Of a DNA stretch of 64,000 nt, positions 63,518 to 64,000 are shown piece by piece. The first letter of the stretch is position 1. The number at the start of each line of letters is the position of its first letter. Origin of the DNA: Takakia lepidozioides (Eukaryota; Plantae; Bryophyta); assembly GCA_030704615.1 (NCBI GenBank), contig CM060733.1, forward strand, positions 59,892,001-59,956,000. The letters are read 5' to 3'. The notes under the pieces were generated by a model. It ran no database searches, was not told where the DNA came from, and saw only the letters and a program-made list of their open reading frames with translations. The translations under genes were made by a program, and so were the position numbers.

Positions 63518-64000
63518 CGGAAATTCGGCACTGCATTCCATTTTCTCCATGAAGCGATTTCTGGCAGCTCCCTTTCCTCCGTTGTCGTCGTAACGGAAAT
63601 GCTATACAACATTTCATTTCCTGACATGGCATTACCATACTTCGAATTTGAAATGCGGCGCCGCATTTCCATATTCGACCTTGAACTATCCAAGCATGTC
63701 CAGTCGCTAATGCTTGTCCATGTCCATACTTGAAATGCGGCACCGCATTTCCATGTCCGTCATCGAAATTTCACACCGGACAATGAAATGCGGCACAGCA
63801 TTTCCGGAGAGCACAATGGAATGCGGTGCCGCATTTCCGTCGAAGGGTCTGGAATTGGACAAACAACGATGGAAGTTCTGGAAATGCGGCACCGCATTTC
63901 CATGTCTGTCATCAAAATATCGAATCGGACAATGGAATGCGGTGCCGCATTTCCATCAAAGGGTCTGGAATTGGGCAAACAACGATGTCCCTTTTGGAAA
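63518..64000. repeat. Palindrome array: GAAATGCGGC(G/A)CCGCATTTCC, ~8 copies, runs off the window end
   Basis: Copies near 63520, 63595, 63650, 63732, 63785, 63818, 63881 and 63934. Confidence 0.9.

Overview
Eukaryotic, plant genomic DNA; the TE content and intron style suggest a moss or other early-diverging land plant, which is an inference. About 90% is transposon-derived, with one clear host gene (ACT-domain repeat protein, ACR9/ACR10-like, 17597-20361) next to a 500-N scaffold gap. Main mobile content: (i) an 8.7 kb Mutator-like element with ~400 bp TIRs, a truncated transposase and a convergent Ulp1-type SUMO protease gene, saturated with a CAG(A/T)CTG motif; (ii) a spliced gene fusing a ParB/Srx-like domain (DGNHR) to a bacterial-style beta-class N4C/N6A DNA methyltransferase, whose first intron holds ~11 exact or degenerate CGCCGGCG palindromes, lying tail-to-tail with a GCM-like/MULE/SWIM transposase; (iii) a cargo-rich block (kinase, two long fold-backs, an unknown gene, a hAT transposase) punctuated by three arrays of the palindrome GCGACCGCC-N6-GGCGGTCGC; (iv) a Penelope-like RT fragment; (v) a Crinkler-type SAM/NTPase/PD-(D/E)xK gene bracketed by ~290 bp inverted repeats that each contain an outward-facing tRNA-like sequence; (vi) a head-to-head paralogue pair centred on a palindrome that is also arrayed nearby. 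The best candidate new system is a DNA-transposon-borne ParB-methyltransferase plus element-specific palindromic target arrays, possibly a self-marking or anti-silencing module. Most TE genes here carry stops or frameshifts. All family calls come from motif recognition by eye, not from database searches.
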